Part shown: positions 13,183 through 22,456 of the stretch, one piece after another
How positions within the stretch are numbered: the stretch's first letter is position 1
Layout of the letters: each line of letters starts with the position of its first letter
DNA from: an uncultured Atopobiaceae bacterium
Lineage (GTDB): Bacteria > Actinomycetota > Coriobacteriia > Coriobacteriales > Atopobiaceae
Assembly (NCBI GenBank): GCA_963931285.1
Contig: OZ006999.1
Coordinates: 51,937 to 115,936 of the forward strand
DNA: 64,000 nt
Direction of reading: 5' to 3'
Notes under the pieces: model-generated
What the model saw: the letters and a program-made list of their open reading frames with translations, nothing else
Told to the model about the DNA's origin: nothing
Database searches by the model: none
Program-made: the position numbers and the translations under genes

Positions 13183-13211
13183 TGATGAAAAGGGACAGTC
13201 CCTTTTCATCA
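13183..13211. repeat. REP-like palindrome, GATGAAAA subfamily
   Basis: TGATGAAAAGGGACAGTCCCTTTTCATCA immediately after the carB stop. Confidence 0.9.
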
Positions 13212-13297
13212 TGGGCCGTCGGGTTTCTCGCCCGGCGGCCCTTTTGCTGGGCCGATTCGGTCTCCCTTACGGGGCGCTGATGCGCGAGGAGTAGAAT

Positions 13298-13382
13298 TAG
13301 TTCGCATTGGAAAGCTGAAATTGGCCGATTGTCAGAAGAAAACCCAGTTGGCCCATTTCTTTCAGCAAACCAATGCGAACTA
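13298..13382. repeat. AT-rich imperfect inverted-repeat element
   Basis: TAGTTCGCATTGG..GCTGAAA / TTTCAGC..CCAATGCGAACTA. Confidence 0.7.
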
Positions 13383-13418
13383 TTTTTAGGCATGGGAGCG
13401 ATGGACGAGGAGGCAGTC

Positions 13419-14261
13419 ATGTCAGAGCCGCTCAGGCCCGGCTCGGTCGTGGACACGCACACGCACACGCGGTTCTCTGACGGCGTCGGCACGTTCGAGG
13501 AGAACGCGCGCGCCGCCGTGGCGGCGGGCTGCTCCGTCTTGGTCTCGACCGACCATCTCACACTGCCCGCGGAGATGGACCCTGCGGGCGAGGTTCAGGT
13601 CGTCGCGGCAGAGCTCGCCTCCCACCGCGCCGCGTGGGAGGCCGCGCGCGACGCCCATCCCGAGCTCGAGATGATCTACGGCTTCGAGTGCGACTGGTAC
13701 CCCGGCTGCGAGGAGAACGTGCTGCGCTGGAGCGCCGGGGCGCAGGTGCTCCTGGGCAGCGTGCACTGGCTCGGCGAGAAGGACGACGGCGCCTGGATCG
13801 ACGACACCTCTGACATGACCATCTGGCGCGAGCTCGGCCCCGACGAGGTCTGGCGCCGCTACGTGGAAGCCTGGTGCCGCGCCTGCGAGAGCCCGCTTCC
13901 CTTTGGGACCATGGCGCACCCGGACCTCCCGGAGCGTATGCGCAACGAGGGGTTTGTCGCCACGATCGACCTCGCTCCGCTCTGGGACCAGATGGTCGCC
14001 TGCGCGCATGACACCCGCCGTCGCGTGGAGCTCTCCACGGCGGGCTGGCGCAAGGGGGTGGGGGACTACTATCCCGCGCGCGGGCTGCTCGAGCGCTTCT
14101 GCCGCGCGGGCGTGCCCATCACGGTGGGATCGGACGCGCATGTTCCCGCAGACATGTGCGACGGCATCGCGACGGCGTACGCGCACGCCTGGGACGTGGG
14201 CTACCGCTCGGTCGAGGCCCCGCGCGCCTACGGCTCCTGGGAGCCCATGCCGCTGCAGTAG
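13419..14261 (+). CDS. PHP-family phosphatase (histidinol-phosphatase HisJ/HisK-like)
   Basis: DTHTHT, TDH, GFECD, GSVH, AHPD, GSDAH motifs; GAGGAGG RBS. Confidence 0.85.
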   Translation: MSEPLRPGSVVDTHTHTRFSDGVGTFEENARAAVAAGCSVLVSTDHLTLPAEMDPAGEVQVVAAELASHRAAWEAARDAHPELEMIYGFECDWYPGCEENVLRWSAGAQVLLGSVHWLGEKDDGAWIDDTSDMTIWRELGPDEVWRRYVEAWCRACESPLPFGTMAHPDLPERMRNEGFVATIDLAPLWDQMVACAHDTRRRVELSTAGWRKGVGDYYPARGLLERFCRAGVPITVGSDAHVPADMCDGIATAYAHAWDVGYRSVEAPRAYGSWEPMPLQ

Positions 14262-14319
14262 GGCGGCCTCGAAGTATGGGCGAGAAGAACGATGAGGTCG
14301 CCCTTCTCGCCCACCTCCG

Positions 14320-15306
14320 CTACTCAGCGAAGAGGGGGTTGCTCCATGCCGTGCGGCCTCGCTCGTCCACGCACTCCAGGCGCACGTAGGTCTCGAGCCC
14401 GCTGAGGGCAAACTCGGCGTGCGTGAGCAGGTCGCCCTTGGGCGCGATGACGGTCGTGCCCGCGTTGACCGGGCCGCCCGCGACGAGGTTGACGCGCTCG
14501 CAGGGGCTGCAGTCGACCCAGACGCGCCCGCCGGCCACGCCCCAGTTGATGATGTCCGGGCCCGAGCTGGAGTAGAAGCTCCCCGACAGGAGCGACCTCA
14601 CCAGGGCGTCGCGCGTGAGGGCGGGCGCGGACACGACGACCCAGCCGCCAAAGGAGTCGTCAAAGAGCCCTTCGTTGTGATTGTCATCCGAAGCAAAGCC
14701 CCAGACGCGCCGCCCTCGGCGCAGCATGAGGTCCCAGTAGGTGGTGTCGTACCCCGTTCCCGACTCGTTGACGGTGTCGTAGTTGAAGATCTCGAGCGCG
14801 AAGAACCCCTCTGAGGAGCAGAACTCATCGGGCTCCACGCGGCTCCAGATGGGATGGTTGTAGGTCACGGCGCAGCCTCGCGCGGCAAGCTTGCGGGCGA
14901 GCTCCTCCGCCACCGTCGCCCCGTCCCACGCCCCGTAAAAGCGCAGGGGCTCCAGCCGCTCCATGTGCGAGAAGCGCTCGCGCGCGGAGGCGACCATCTC
15001 GCTCGTTCCGAGGATGCCGTGCATGTGGTGGCACTTGAGGCGCACGGCCTCAGACTCGTCCGCATAGAGGTAGGCAGACGCCTCGAGCCCGGGCAGAATC
15101 ACGAAGCCCTCGTCGTCGAACTGGCCCGACAGGTCGGTATAGAGGTCGTGCTCCGAGAGGCAGAGGAAGTCGTACCCGTGAGCGCGGAAGGCGGCGACGG
15201 ACTCCGCGGGGGCGAGCAGGCCGTCGGAGTTGGTGGTGTGGCTGTGGAGGTTGCCCTTGTAGCGCGGGAGGTCGATGGGCAGGCAGGTCTGGTCGCGGAA
15301 GGTCAC
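14320..15306 (-). CDS. PHP-like metallohydrolase (CehA/McbA type)
   Basis: KGNLHSHTTNSDG, SEHD, GLE, NHP, EIFN, SDDNH. Confidence 0.8.
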   Translation of the reverse strand: MTFRDQTCLPIDLPRYKGNLHSHTTNSDGLLAPAESVAAFRAHGYDFLCLSEHDLYTDLSGQFDDEGFVILPGLEASAYLYADESEAVRLKCHHMHGILGTSEMVASARERFSHMERLEPLRFYGAWDGATVAEELARKLAARGCAVTYNHPIWSRVEPDEFCSSEGFFALEIFNYDTVNESGTGYDTTYWDLMLRRGRRVWGFASDDNHNEGLFDDSFGGWVVVSAPALTRDALVRSLLSGSFYSSSGPDIINWGVAGGRVWVDCSPCERVNLVAGGPVNAGTTVIAPKGDLLTHAEFALSGLETYVRLECVDERGRTAWSNPLFAE

Positions 15307-15449
15307 GGGAGCTCCTTTCATGAGGGCGGAGGACCGGGAGGGACGCGGGATCGAGAAGGACGTCGAGCCCGAGCGGGCTCGACCCGCACGCTAGGCATGC
15401 GGGTCGAGGGGGAAAGGGAGGGCGCCTTCTTCTTGCCGGGCGCGAGGCC

Positions 15450-16487
15450 TTACGCCGCGCTCCGCGCGTTTTCCGGGATGACGAGGCAGTCGTGCTTGAG
15501 GAGGGTGAGGTAGACGGTCTCGCCCGGGTCGAACATGTGGAAGCTGCGGAAGAGCACGTCGACGAGGAGGTTGGTCTGACCGACCCGCACGGTGTAGCGC
15601 AAGACGTTGCCGCGAGGCGTGCTGTTGACGACGGTTCCCGGGACGACGTAGCCGTCGTCTGTCGAGGCGGGGCGCGTGCGGTCGATGCCGATGGTCTCCG
15701 GGCGGACGGCAACCACATGACCGGCGGGGACGGGGCTGCCGGAAATCGCGGAGAACTGGGCCCCGGTCAGCTGGTTGTAGCTGCCGATGAAGCTCGCTGC
15801 GAACTCGGACGCGGGATGCGTGTAGACCTCGACGGGGCTGCCGGCCTGCTCGATGCGGCCGGAGTGGAAGAGCTGGATGACATCGGACATGACCATGGCC
15901 TCGTCCTGGTCGTGCGTGACGAAGATCGTGGTGAGGCCGAGCTCCTGGTGGATCTCGCGGATGCGGGACTGCAACGCCTTGCGGAGCTTGGCGTCGATCG
16001 CCGAGAGCGGCTCGTCGAGGAGCAGCACGGCCGGCTCGGTCACGATGGAGCGGGCGAGCGCGGCGCGCTGCTGCTGGCCGCCGGAGAGGCTCGCGGGATA
16101 GGCCTTCTCCTTTCCGGTGAGCTCGACCATGGCGATGGCCTCGGCGACCTTCTTCTCGATCGTCACGGGGTCGACCTTCTTCATCTTGAGGCCGAAGGCC
16201 ACGTTCTGCTCGACGGTCATGTTGGGGAAGAGGCTGTACTGCTGGAAGACCATGCCGATGTTGCGCTTGCTCGCGGGCACGTTGGTGACGTCGCGGCCGT
16301 CGAGGACGATCTGGCCCTCCGTGACGGTCTCGAGCCCGGAGAGGCAGCGCAGCAGCGTGGACTTGCCGCAGCCGGAGGGTCCCAGCAGCGTCACGAGGTC
16401 GCCCTGCTGGATGCCAAAGTCGATGTGGTCGAGGACCGTGTTGTCGCCGAAGCGCTTGACGACGTCCTTGAATTCGATGTAAGCCAT
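15450..16487 (-). CDS. ABC importer ATP-binding subunit (PotA/FbpC-like)
   Basis: GPSGCGKST, LSGGQQQR, LLDEP, VTHDQ, C-terminal TOBE-like region. Confidence 0.93.
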   Translation of the reverse strand: MAYIEFKDVVKRFGDNTVLDHIDFGIQQGDLVTLLGPSGCGKSTLLRCLSGLETVTEGQIVLDGRDVTNVPASKRNIGMVFQQYSLFPNMTVEQNVAFGLKMKKVDPVTIEKKVAEAIAMVELTGKEKAYPASLSGGQQQRAALARSIVTEPAVLLLDEPLSAIDAKLRKALQSRIREIHQELGLTTIFVTHDQDEAMVMSDVIQLFHSGRIEQAGSPVEVYTHPASEFAASFIGSYNQLTGAQFSAISGSPVPAGHVVAVRPETIGIDRTRPASTDDGYVVPGTVVNSTPRGNVLRYTVRVGQTNLLVDVLFRSFHMFDPGETVYLTLLKHDCLVIPENARSAA

Positions 16488-16499
16488 CTGGGCTTCTCC

Positions 16500-17324
16500 T
16501 TACCTGTTCTGCGAGCTGCGCTGGAGCTTGAGGACGATTGCGGTCACTGCGGCCACCACCAGGAAGATGATGACGACGATGGCGCTGGAAAGGCCGCTGG
16601 AGCGCGCCATGTTCGCCTGCAGGAACACCTGGATGTTCTGGTAGTTGGTGCCGGCGATGTTGTTGGCGAGGACGAAGTCGCCGAAGACGATGCTCTCCGC
16701 GAGGAGGCTCGAGACCAGGATGCCCGACACGATGTTGGGGAGCACCACCTGGACGTAGGCGCGGAAGCGCCCGCAGCCGAGCATCTCGGCGGCCTGGATG
16801 AGCATGTTGGCGTCGATGGCGTTGAGCGCGTTGCGGATGCCCTGGTAGATGTAGGGCAGCACGAGGATGGTGTAGGCGCCGAAGAGCATGAACATGCGGT
16901 TGGAGAGGATCGTGCCGGTGCCGGTGTAGAGCGAGATGATGCCGATGGACAGGATGACGCCCTGGAGGGCGTACGGGATCATGCAGACGAACTGCATGAA
17001 ACGCCCCAGCCTGCGGTTGACGGCCACGACGACGTACATAGCCAGGAGGAGAAGGACGATGGTGATGGCAACGCTCACCAGGCACAGGATGAGCGTGCGG
17101 CCGATGGAGAGCCAAAACGTCGAGTTGGTGAAGAGCTCGGCGTAGTTGCGCAGCGTGAAGCCGGAGGGAAGGACGTCGGTCCACTCGATGAAGAGCGAGT
17201 ATACGAGCGTCGTCAGGAAGGGGACCAGCAGGTACAGGGCGACGACGCCCAGGAAGATCTTTGCGGCAAGCGGCGTCTTCTTGCCCTCGACAGGGGCCTT
17301 GACCGCCTTGGTCTTGGAACTCAT
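16500..17324 (-). CDS. ABC importer permease
   Basis: Multiple TM helices and an EAA-like loop (QAAEMLG). Confidence 0.9.
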   Translation of the reverse strand: MSSKTKAVKAPVEGKKTPLAAKIFLGVVALYLLVPFLTTLVYSLFIEWTDVLPSGFTLRNYAELFTNSTFWLSIGRTLILCLVSVAITIVLLLLAMYVVVAVNRRLGRFMQFVCMIPYALQGVILSIGIISLYTGTGTILSNRMFMLFGAYTILVLPYIYQGIRNALNAIDANMLIQAAEMLGCGRFRAYVQVVLPNIVSGILVSSLLAESIVFGDFVLANNIAGTNYQNIQVFLQANMARSSGLSSAIVVIIFLVVAAVTAIVLKLQRSSQNR

Positions 17325-18241
17325 ATGATCTCACGTCCCTTCGCTGCGCGCTTGGTGAAGTGGTTGTTGATGAGCGTGCAGACGACCATCAGGATGATGA
17401 GCACCACCGCGAGCGCGCCGCCGGTCGCGGCGTCGATCTGGACGTCGCCCTTGAACTTGGACGTGATCTGCAGCGGAAGCAGCGCATAGTTGTTCATGAC
17501 GACGGCGAAGGCGGTCGCGTACGCGGCAAGGGCGTTGGAGAAGAGCACGGAGAGTGTGCCAAGGATCGACGGCATGAGGTTGGGGATCACGATCTTGAAC
17601 CAGTAGTCCAGCGGGGTTGCCTGGAGGATGATCGCGGCCTCGCGCCAGGACTTCTTGATGCCGCTGAAGGCCGGCAGGAGCAGCAGTGTGGCAAGCGGGA
17701 TCTGGAAGTAGATGTAGAGCACGAGCAGGCCCTCGCCGGTGTAGAGGTCAAAGTCCGCGAGGAAGGGGATCCCCCACTGCTGGCCCAGGATGGTGAGGAC
17801 GCCGGAGTTGCCCATGAGGATCATGAAGGCGAATGCCAGGGGAACTCCGGAGAAGTTTGACATCATGTTGAGGACCATCGTGAAGGCGTTGCGGACGCGG
17901 TCGCTGGACTCGTAAGCAAAGCGGGCGGCGAGAAACGACACGACGATGCCGACGACGGCCGAGACGAGGCTGATCCACACGCTGTTGATGATGGACTGCT
18001 GATAGAGCGGGGTGGTGAAGACCTTGACGAAGTTCTCGATGCCGAGGGTGCCGGACTCCTTGCCGATCAGGCTGTCCAGCACGAGCTGCGCGAGCGGGAG
18101 CAGCTCGTAGCCTACGATCACAAGAAGAAAGGGGAGAAAGGCGACGTAGCCGACCCACTTCCTGCTCTTCGCGGGCCTTGTCTGCGCCGTTGCCGGTTCG
18201 CCTGTGGCGGGCGCGGCGGCAGTCTGGAAGATCTCTGCCAC
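17321..18241 (-). CDS. ABC importer permease
   Basis: TM helices, WREAAIILQA loop. Confidence 0.9.
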   Translation of the reverse strand: MAEIFQTAAAPATGEPATAQTRPAKSRKWVGYVAFLPFLLVIVGYELLPLAQLVLDSLIGKESGTLGIENFVKVFTTPLYQQSIINSVWISLVSAVVGIVVSFLAARFAYESSDRVRNAFTMVLNMMSNFSGVPLAFAFMILMGNSGVLTILGQQWGIPFLADFDLYTGEGLLVLYIYFQIPLATLLLLPAFSGIKKSWREAAIILQATPLDYWFKIVIPNLMPSILGTLSVLFSNALAAYATAFAVVMNNYALLPLQITSKFKGDVQIDAATGGALAVVLIILMVVCTLINNHFTKRAAKGREII

Positions 18242-18396
18242 GGTACCTCCTTACATGCGTTCGTTGGGATGCGAGTCGGGGCGGCTCGTCCTTCTCGCCC
18301 GGGGAGCCCGTCGGCGAGAAGGACGGAGGGCCCCATGAAGAGGGCGGCCCGAAGGCCGCCCGGATGCGCCGATGACGGCGGACGCTTCGCTTGAGG

Positions 18397-19545
18397 CTAG
18401 CCCAGGATCGGGATGATGTTCTCCTGGTACCAGGTCACGAGCTCGTTGGTGACGTCGGTCCACTTCTCGTAGTCGATCGACTGGACCTGGTCGCCGTACT
18501 GCTCCTCCGGCAGGCGCAGGGCCTTGACGTCCTCGGGGAGCTCCACGGAGCTGCGGATGGGCGTGGCGAAGCCGCGGGCGAGGTTGATCTGGCCCTCGTC
18601 GGAGAGGATGTACTCGCGGGCGAGGCAGGCCGCGGCGGGGTGCGGGGCGTTGACGTTGATGATGGTGGCGTAGCCGGACTGCACCGAGCCGTCGGTCGGA
18701 ATGCTGACCGTGAACTTGGCGTCGGGGTTGTTCTCGACGATCTGCGCGCGGTAGTTGAGGGAGTTGTAGTCCCAGTTGAGGCCCACGGCGACCTCGCCGG
18801 ACTCCAGGCGGGCGACGGAGACGTCGGAGACGTCGAGGCGGCCGGCCTCGGCGATCTTGGTGATGAAGTCGTAGGCGGGCTGCATGTCGTCGAGGCCGCC
18901 GCCCAGGGCAACGGCGATGGCGAGCACCGCGTGCTGCGCGGCCGCCGCGGCCGTGATGTCGCCGATGGAGACCTTGTAGTCGCCGTCAGCGAGCTCGGCG
19001 AGCGTGGTCGGCGGGTTGGGAACCTGGTCGTCGTTGGAGATGATCGACATCGTGCCGTAGTAGCCCACGACCCAGTCGCCGTCGTCGTCCTTGGCCCAGT
19101 CGGGGATCTCGTCCCAGTAGCTGGTCTTGTACTTGAGGGTCACGCCCTCGGCCTCGGCGGTGGGGCCCCACTGCTGGCCCACGTCGCCGATGTCCTTGGT
19201 GCCGTCGGTGCCCTCCTGCTTGAACATGGCGATCTCCTCGGCGGAGGACATGTCCTGGTCGGCCTGCGTGATGCCGTACTTCTCCTCGATGTCGTCCCAG
19301 GTGCCGACCCAGTTGGCCCAGGTGTCCGGCATGCCCACGGAGTTGATCTGGCCCTCCTCCTTGGCCTGGGCGATGATGTCGTCCAGCGACATGGAGTTGT
19401 AGTCCACGGCCTCCGCCGCGGGGGCTGCGCTGTCCTCGCAGCCGGTGAGGCCCAGGCCCGCCGCGCAGGCGAAGCCGGCCATGCCGAGCATGCCGAGGAA
19501 GGAGCGGCGAGAGACGCCGCCGGTGGCGGTGATGCTGTTCTTCAC
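18397..19545 (-). CDS. ABC substrate-binding protein with Tat/lipoprotein signal
   Basis: SRRSFL twin-arginine motif, LTGC lipobox, AfuA/PotD-like features. Confidence 0.9.
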   Translation of the reverse strand: MKNSITATGGVSRRSFLGMLGMAGFACAAGLGLTGCEDSAAPAAEAVDYNSMSLDDIIAQAKEEGQINSVGMPDTWANWVGTWDDIEEKYGITQADQDMSSAEEIAMFKQEGTDGTKDIGDVGQQWGPTAEAEGVTLKYKTSYWDEIPDWAKDDDGDWVVGYYGTMSIISNDDQVPNPPTTLAELADGDYKVSIGDITAAAAAQHAVLAIAVALGGGLDDMQPAYDFITKIAEAGRLDVSDVSVARLESGEVAVGLNWDYNSLNYRAQIVENNPDAKFTVSIPTDGSVQSGYATIINVNAPHPAAACLAREYILSDEGQINLARGFATPIRSSVELPEDVKALRLPEEQYGDQVQSIDYEKWTDVTNELVTWYQENIIPILG

Positions 19546-19740
19546 AAGAGCTCCCTTCGATACCCGTTCACGTTTGCCGACGGCGCCGTGCCGTCGGCGA
19601 AGCCGAGTGCTACGTTAGGGTCCGGTCGCGGCGGAGATGCCCGCGGTCGGGGAGCCCTTGCGCTGAGTTGACCGATGATTACGGCGCTCTTAACAAGGGG
19701 GAATGGTTGCTTACGTTCGGATGGCCTCCCTTACAGCCCC

Positions 19741-19775
19741 ATGATTCAAAAGGGGACAGACCCCTTTTGAATCAT
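19741..19775. repeat. REP-like palindrome, GATTCAAAA subfamily
   Basis: ATGATTCAAAAGGGGACAGACCCCTTTTGAATCAT. Confidence 0.9.
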
Positions 19776-19797
19776 TCCGGGGCCCATGCCGCTATGA

Positions 19798-19820
19798 TAC
19801 GGAGGGACAGTCCCTTCGTA
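19798..19820. repeat. REP-like palindrome, TACGAAG subfamily
   Basis: TACGGAGGGACAGTCCCTTCGTA, related to 52078-52118. Confidence 0.75.
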
Positions 19821-19833
19821 CATTTGGAGGATC

Positions 19834-20535
19834 ATGGCGCGGGTGCTGGTCATAGAGGACGACGCGGCGATCAACGACGTGGTGGCCACGCGGCTCTCGC
19901 GCGACGGCCACGCGGTGACGCAGGCCTTCTCCGGCTCCGAGGCGCGCCTGCTGCTGGGCGAGAAGAACCTCGGCTTTGACGTCGTCATCTGCGACCTCAT
20001 GCTGCCGGGCGCGACAGGCGAGGAGCTCGTCGGGCTCATCCGTTCGCGCGACGCGGCGATGCCCGTCATCGTGATCTCGGCCCGTACCACGGCGGCGGAC
20101 AAGATCGACCTGCTGCGCCTGGGTGCCGACGACTACCTCACCAAGCCCTTCGACCTCGACGAGCTCGCGGCGCGCGTGGAGGTGCAGCTGCGCCATCGAG
20201 GGGCGGAGGTCGGCGCGGGCGAGGTTCTCCGCCATCAGCGCTGGACGCTCGACCCCGAGGCGCGCACGCTCGCGGTCGCTCCAGGCGAGGGCGGCGAGAA
20301 GGGCGGGGAGGTCTCGCTCACCAAGATCGAGTTCAACATCCTCGAGGCGCTCGTCCGACGACCCAATCGCGTCTTCTCGAAGGCGGAGCTCTTCGAGCTC
20401 GCGTGGGGCGAGCCGTTTGCCGGCGACGACTCGACCGTCGCGGTCCACGTCTCCAACATCCGCGCCAAGCTGCGCGCAACCGGCACGGACGAGTACGTCA
20501 AGACCGTCTGGGGCATGGGCTTCAAACTCGCGTGA
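19834..20535 (+). CDS. OmpR-family response regulator
   Basis: VIEDD, DLMLP, DDYLTKPF, winged helix ending VWGMGFKL. Confidence 0.95.
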   Translation: MARVLVIEDDAAINDVVATRLSRDGHAVTQAFSGSEARLLLGEKNLGFDVVICDLMLPGATGEELVGLIRSRDAAMPVIVISARTTAADKIDLLRLGADDYLTKPFDLDELAARVEVQLRHRGAEVGAGEVLRHQRWTLDPEARTLAVAPGEGGEKGGEVSLTKIEFNILEALVRRPNRVFSKAELFELAWGEPFAGDDSTVAVHVSNIRAKLRATGTDEYVKTVWGMGFKLA

Positions 20536-20540
20536 GGCGG

Positions 20541-20613
20541 CCGTGACAATTAGGACAGGTTAAATTGTCACACCGAAGGCGTGTGACAATTTAACCTGTC
20601 CTAATTGTCACGG
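20541..20613. repeat. REP-like doublet, GTGACAATT subfamily
   Basis: 29-bp units identical to those at 6431 and 6471, 11-nt spacer. Confidence 0.9.
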
Positions 20614-20708
20614 TCGCCTGTCTCCCCTCAAACTTTCTTTAGATTTGGCTCACGGATTCTAAAGGTCTGCCTGCCAGACTGGGAGGCAGCCTCTAGAAAG
20701 GAGCACGC

Positions 20709-21659
20709 GTGAACGTCATCGAGACGCACGGCCTCACCAAGCGCTATCGACGCAAGCTGGCCGTGGACAACCTGGACATGACCGTCGCGGCAGGCGACAT
20801 CTACGGCTTCGTGGGCAAGAACGGTTCGGGCAAGTCCACCACGATGAAGATGGTCGCGGGCCTGGCGCGCCCGACGGCCGGCGAGGTCGTCCTCTTCGGC
20901 GACCCGGAGCACGGCGGCGCCACGCTGCAGGGCTTCTCGCGTATCGGCGCCCTCATCGAGAGTCCGGGCGTGCTGCAGAGCCTCACCGCGCGCGACAACA
21001 TCGTCGCCAAGGCGCTCGCGCTCGGCATGACGCACGCCGGCGCCGTGGCGGACGACCTGCTCGCCCTCGTGGGACTGGACCCGACGGACCACCGTCGCGT
21101 GAAGGCCTACTCGCTCGGCATGAAGCAGCGCCTGGGACTTGCGCTTGCGCTCGTGGGCGGCCCCGACCTGCTGCTCCTTGACGAGCCCTTCAACGGGCTC
21201 GACCCGGAGGCGACGCGCGACATGCGACTCGCGCTTGTGCGACTCAACCACGAGCACGGCGTCACGATCATGATCTCGAGCCACGTGCTCGACCAGCTCG
21301 ACCGCGTGGCCACGCGCTTCGGCGTCATCGCGGACGGACGTCTCACGGCCGAGTTCACCGACGAGGAGCTCCACGAGCGCTGCGGCAGCTCGGTGCGCGT
21401 GCGCCTGGCCGAGCCTGAGCGCGGGCTCGCCCTGCTCGAGCAGGCGCTGCCGCAGGCGACCTTCCGCGCGGAGCCGGACGGCGCGCTCGTGGTGACCGGC
21501 GCCACGCTCGACGAGGTCAGCTCCGCGTGCTTCTCGGCCGGCGTCGAGGTCCGCGAGCTCACGCAGCAGGAGCGCGACATCGAGGAGTACTTCGTCGAGC
21601 TCATGGGTGATGAAAAGGGACAGTCCCTTTTCATCACTAAGGGCGGTGGCGCCCGATGA
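20709..21659 (+). CDS. ABC exporter ATP-binding subunit (BcrA-like)
   Basis: GKNGSGKST, YSLGMKQRLG, LDEPFNGLDP, SSH. Confidence 0.93.
   Translation: MNVIETHGLTKRYRRKLAVDNLDMTVAAGDIYGFVGKNGSGKSTTMKMVAGLARPTAGEVVLFGDPEHGGATLQGFSRIGALIESPGVLQSLTARDNIVAKALALGMTHAGAVADDLLALVGLDPTDHRRVKAYSLGMKQRLGLALALVGGPDLLLLDEPFNGLDPEATRDMRLALVRLNHEHGVTIMISSHVLDQLDRVATRFGVIADGRLTAEFTDEELHERCGSSVRVRLAEPERGLALLEQALPQATFRAEPDGALVVTGATLDEVSSACFSAGVEVRELTQQERDIEEYFVELMGDEKGQSLFITKGGGAR
21607..21637. repeat. REP-like palindrome inside the 3' end of the ABC ATPase CDS
   Basis: GTGATGAAAAGGGACAGTCCCTTTTCATCAC read as GDEKGQSLFIT. Confidence 0.9.
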
Positions 21660-22456
21660 TCGCCCTGATCCGCTCGGACGCCTACCGCGTCCTTCACTCG
21701 CGCTGGATCTGGGCCGTGGCCGTCATCGTCGCGTTTCTCCTGATCGCGCCTGCCCTCATGATGCGCTGGACCAGCATGGGCCCCATCCGCTACGACGACC
21801 TCACCGGCTCGGCGCTGCCCATGAACGGCATCCAGATCCTCGCTGCGGCCATGGCGTCCATCGTGTGCTGCGACCGAACCGACATCGGGTTCGCGCGCTC
21901 GGTCCTCTCGTCCCTCGGCGAGCGCGCCCGCATGGCCTGGTTTGCCGAGAAGTGCGTCTTCTCGCTGCTGCTCGCCGCGGTCCTTATCGCGTTCACGTTC
22001 GTAGTGGGGCTTATCGGCCTGCTGGTCTCTGGGGTGCCGGTGGCAAACCCGGAGCCCGCGTGGCAGGTCGCGGCCTGGCTAGGCTGCACCTGGCTCTGCG
22101 CCGCGCCCTACGTCGCGCTCACGGTGCTCGTTGCCCACATCACGCGCAACGAGAGCGTGACCACGGTGTTTGCCGTGCTCAGCGCCGGCGGCCTGCTCGA
22201 GGGCGGCCTGCTCATCGGGATCGACTTCCTGCAAGCGCTTCTCGGCGGCGAGTTCCTCACGGTGACGGCCGCCGTGGGCCCGTGGCTGCCCGCGGAGATC
22301 GCGTCTGCGGTGGGCGCCGGCGCGCAGTCCATGCTCTCCGTCGACAACGCGGTTCACCTGGCGCCCGTCCTGCGCGCGCTCGTCGTCTGTCCGCCGGTCG
22401 CCGTGGCCGCCGTCGCCGCCGACGCGCTGCTCGCCTCGAGGAGGGATGTCGCATGA
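21656..22456 (+). CDS. ABC-2 type permease
   Basis: Hydrophobic, ATGA-coupled to the ATPase, ends RRDVA. Confidence 0.85.
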   Translation: MIALIRSDAYRVLHSRWIWAVAVIVAFLLIAPALMMRWTSMGPIRYDDLTGSALPMNGIQILAAAMASIVCCDRTDIGFARSVLSSLGERARMAWFAEKCVFSLLLAAVLIAFTFVVGLIGLLVSGVPVANPEPAWQVAAWLGCTWLCAAPYVALTVLVAHITRNESVTTVFAVLSAGGLLEGGLLIGIDFLQALLGGEFLTVTAAVGPWLPAEIASAVGAGAQSMLSVDNAVHLAPVLRALVVCPPVAVAAVAADALLASRRDVA

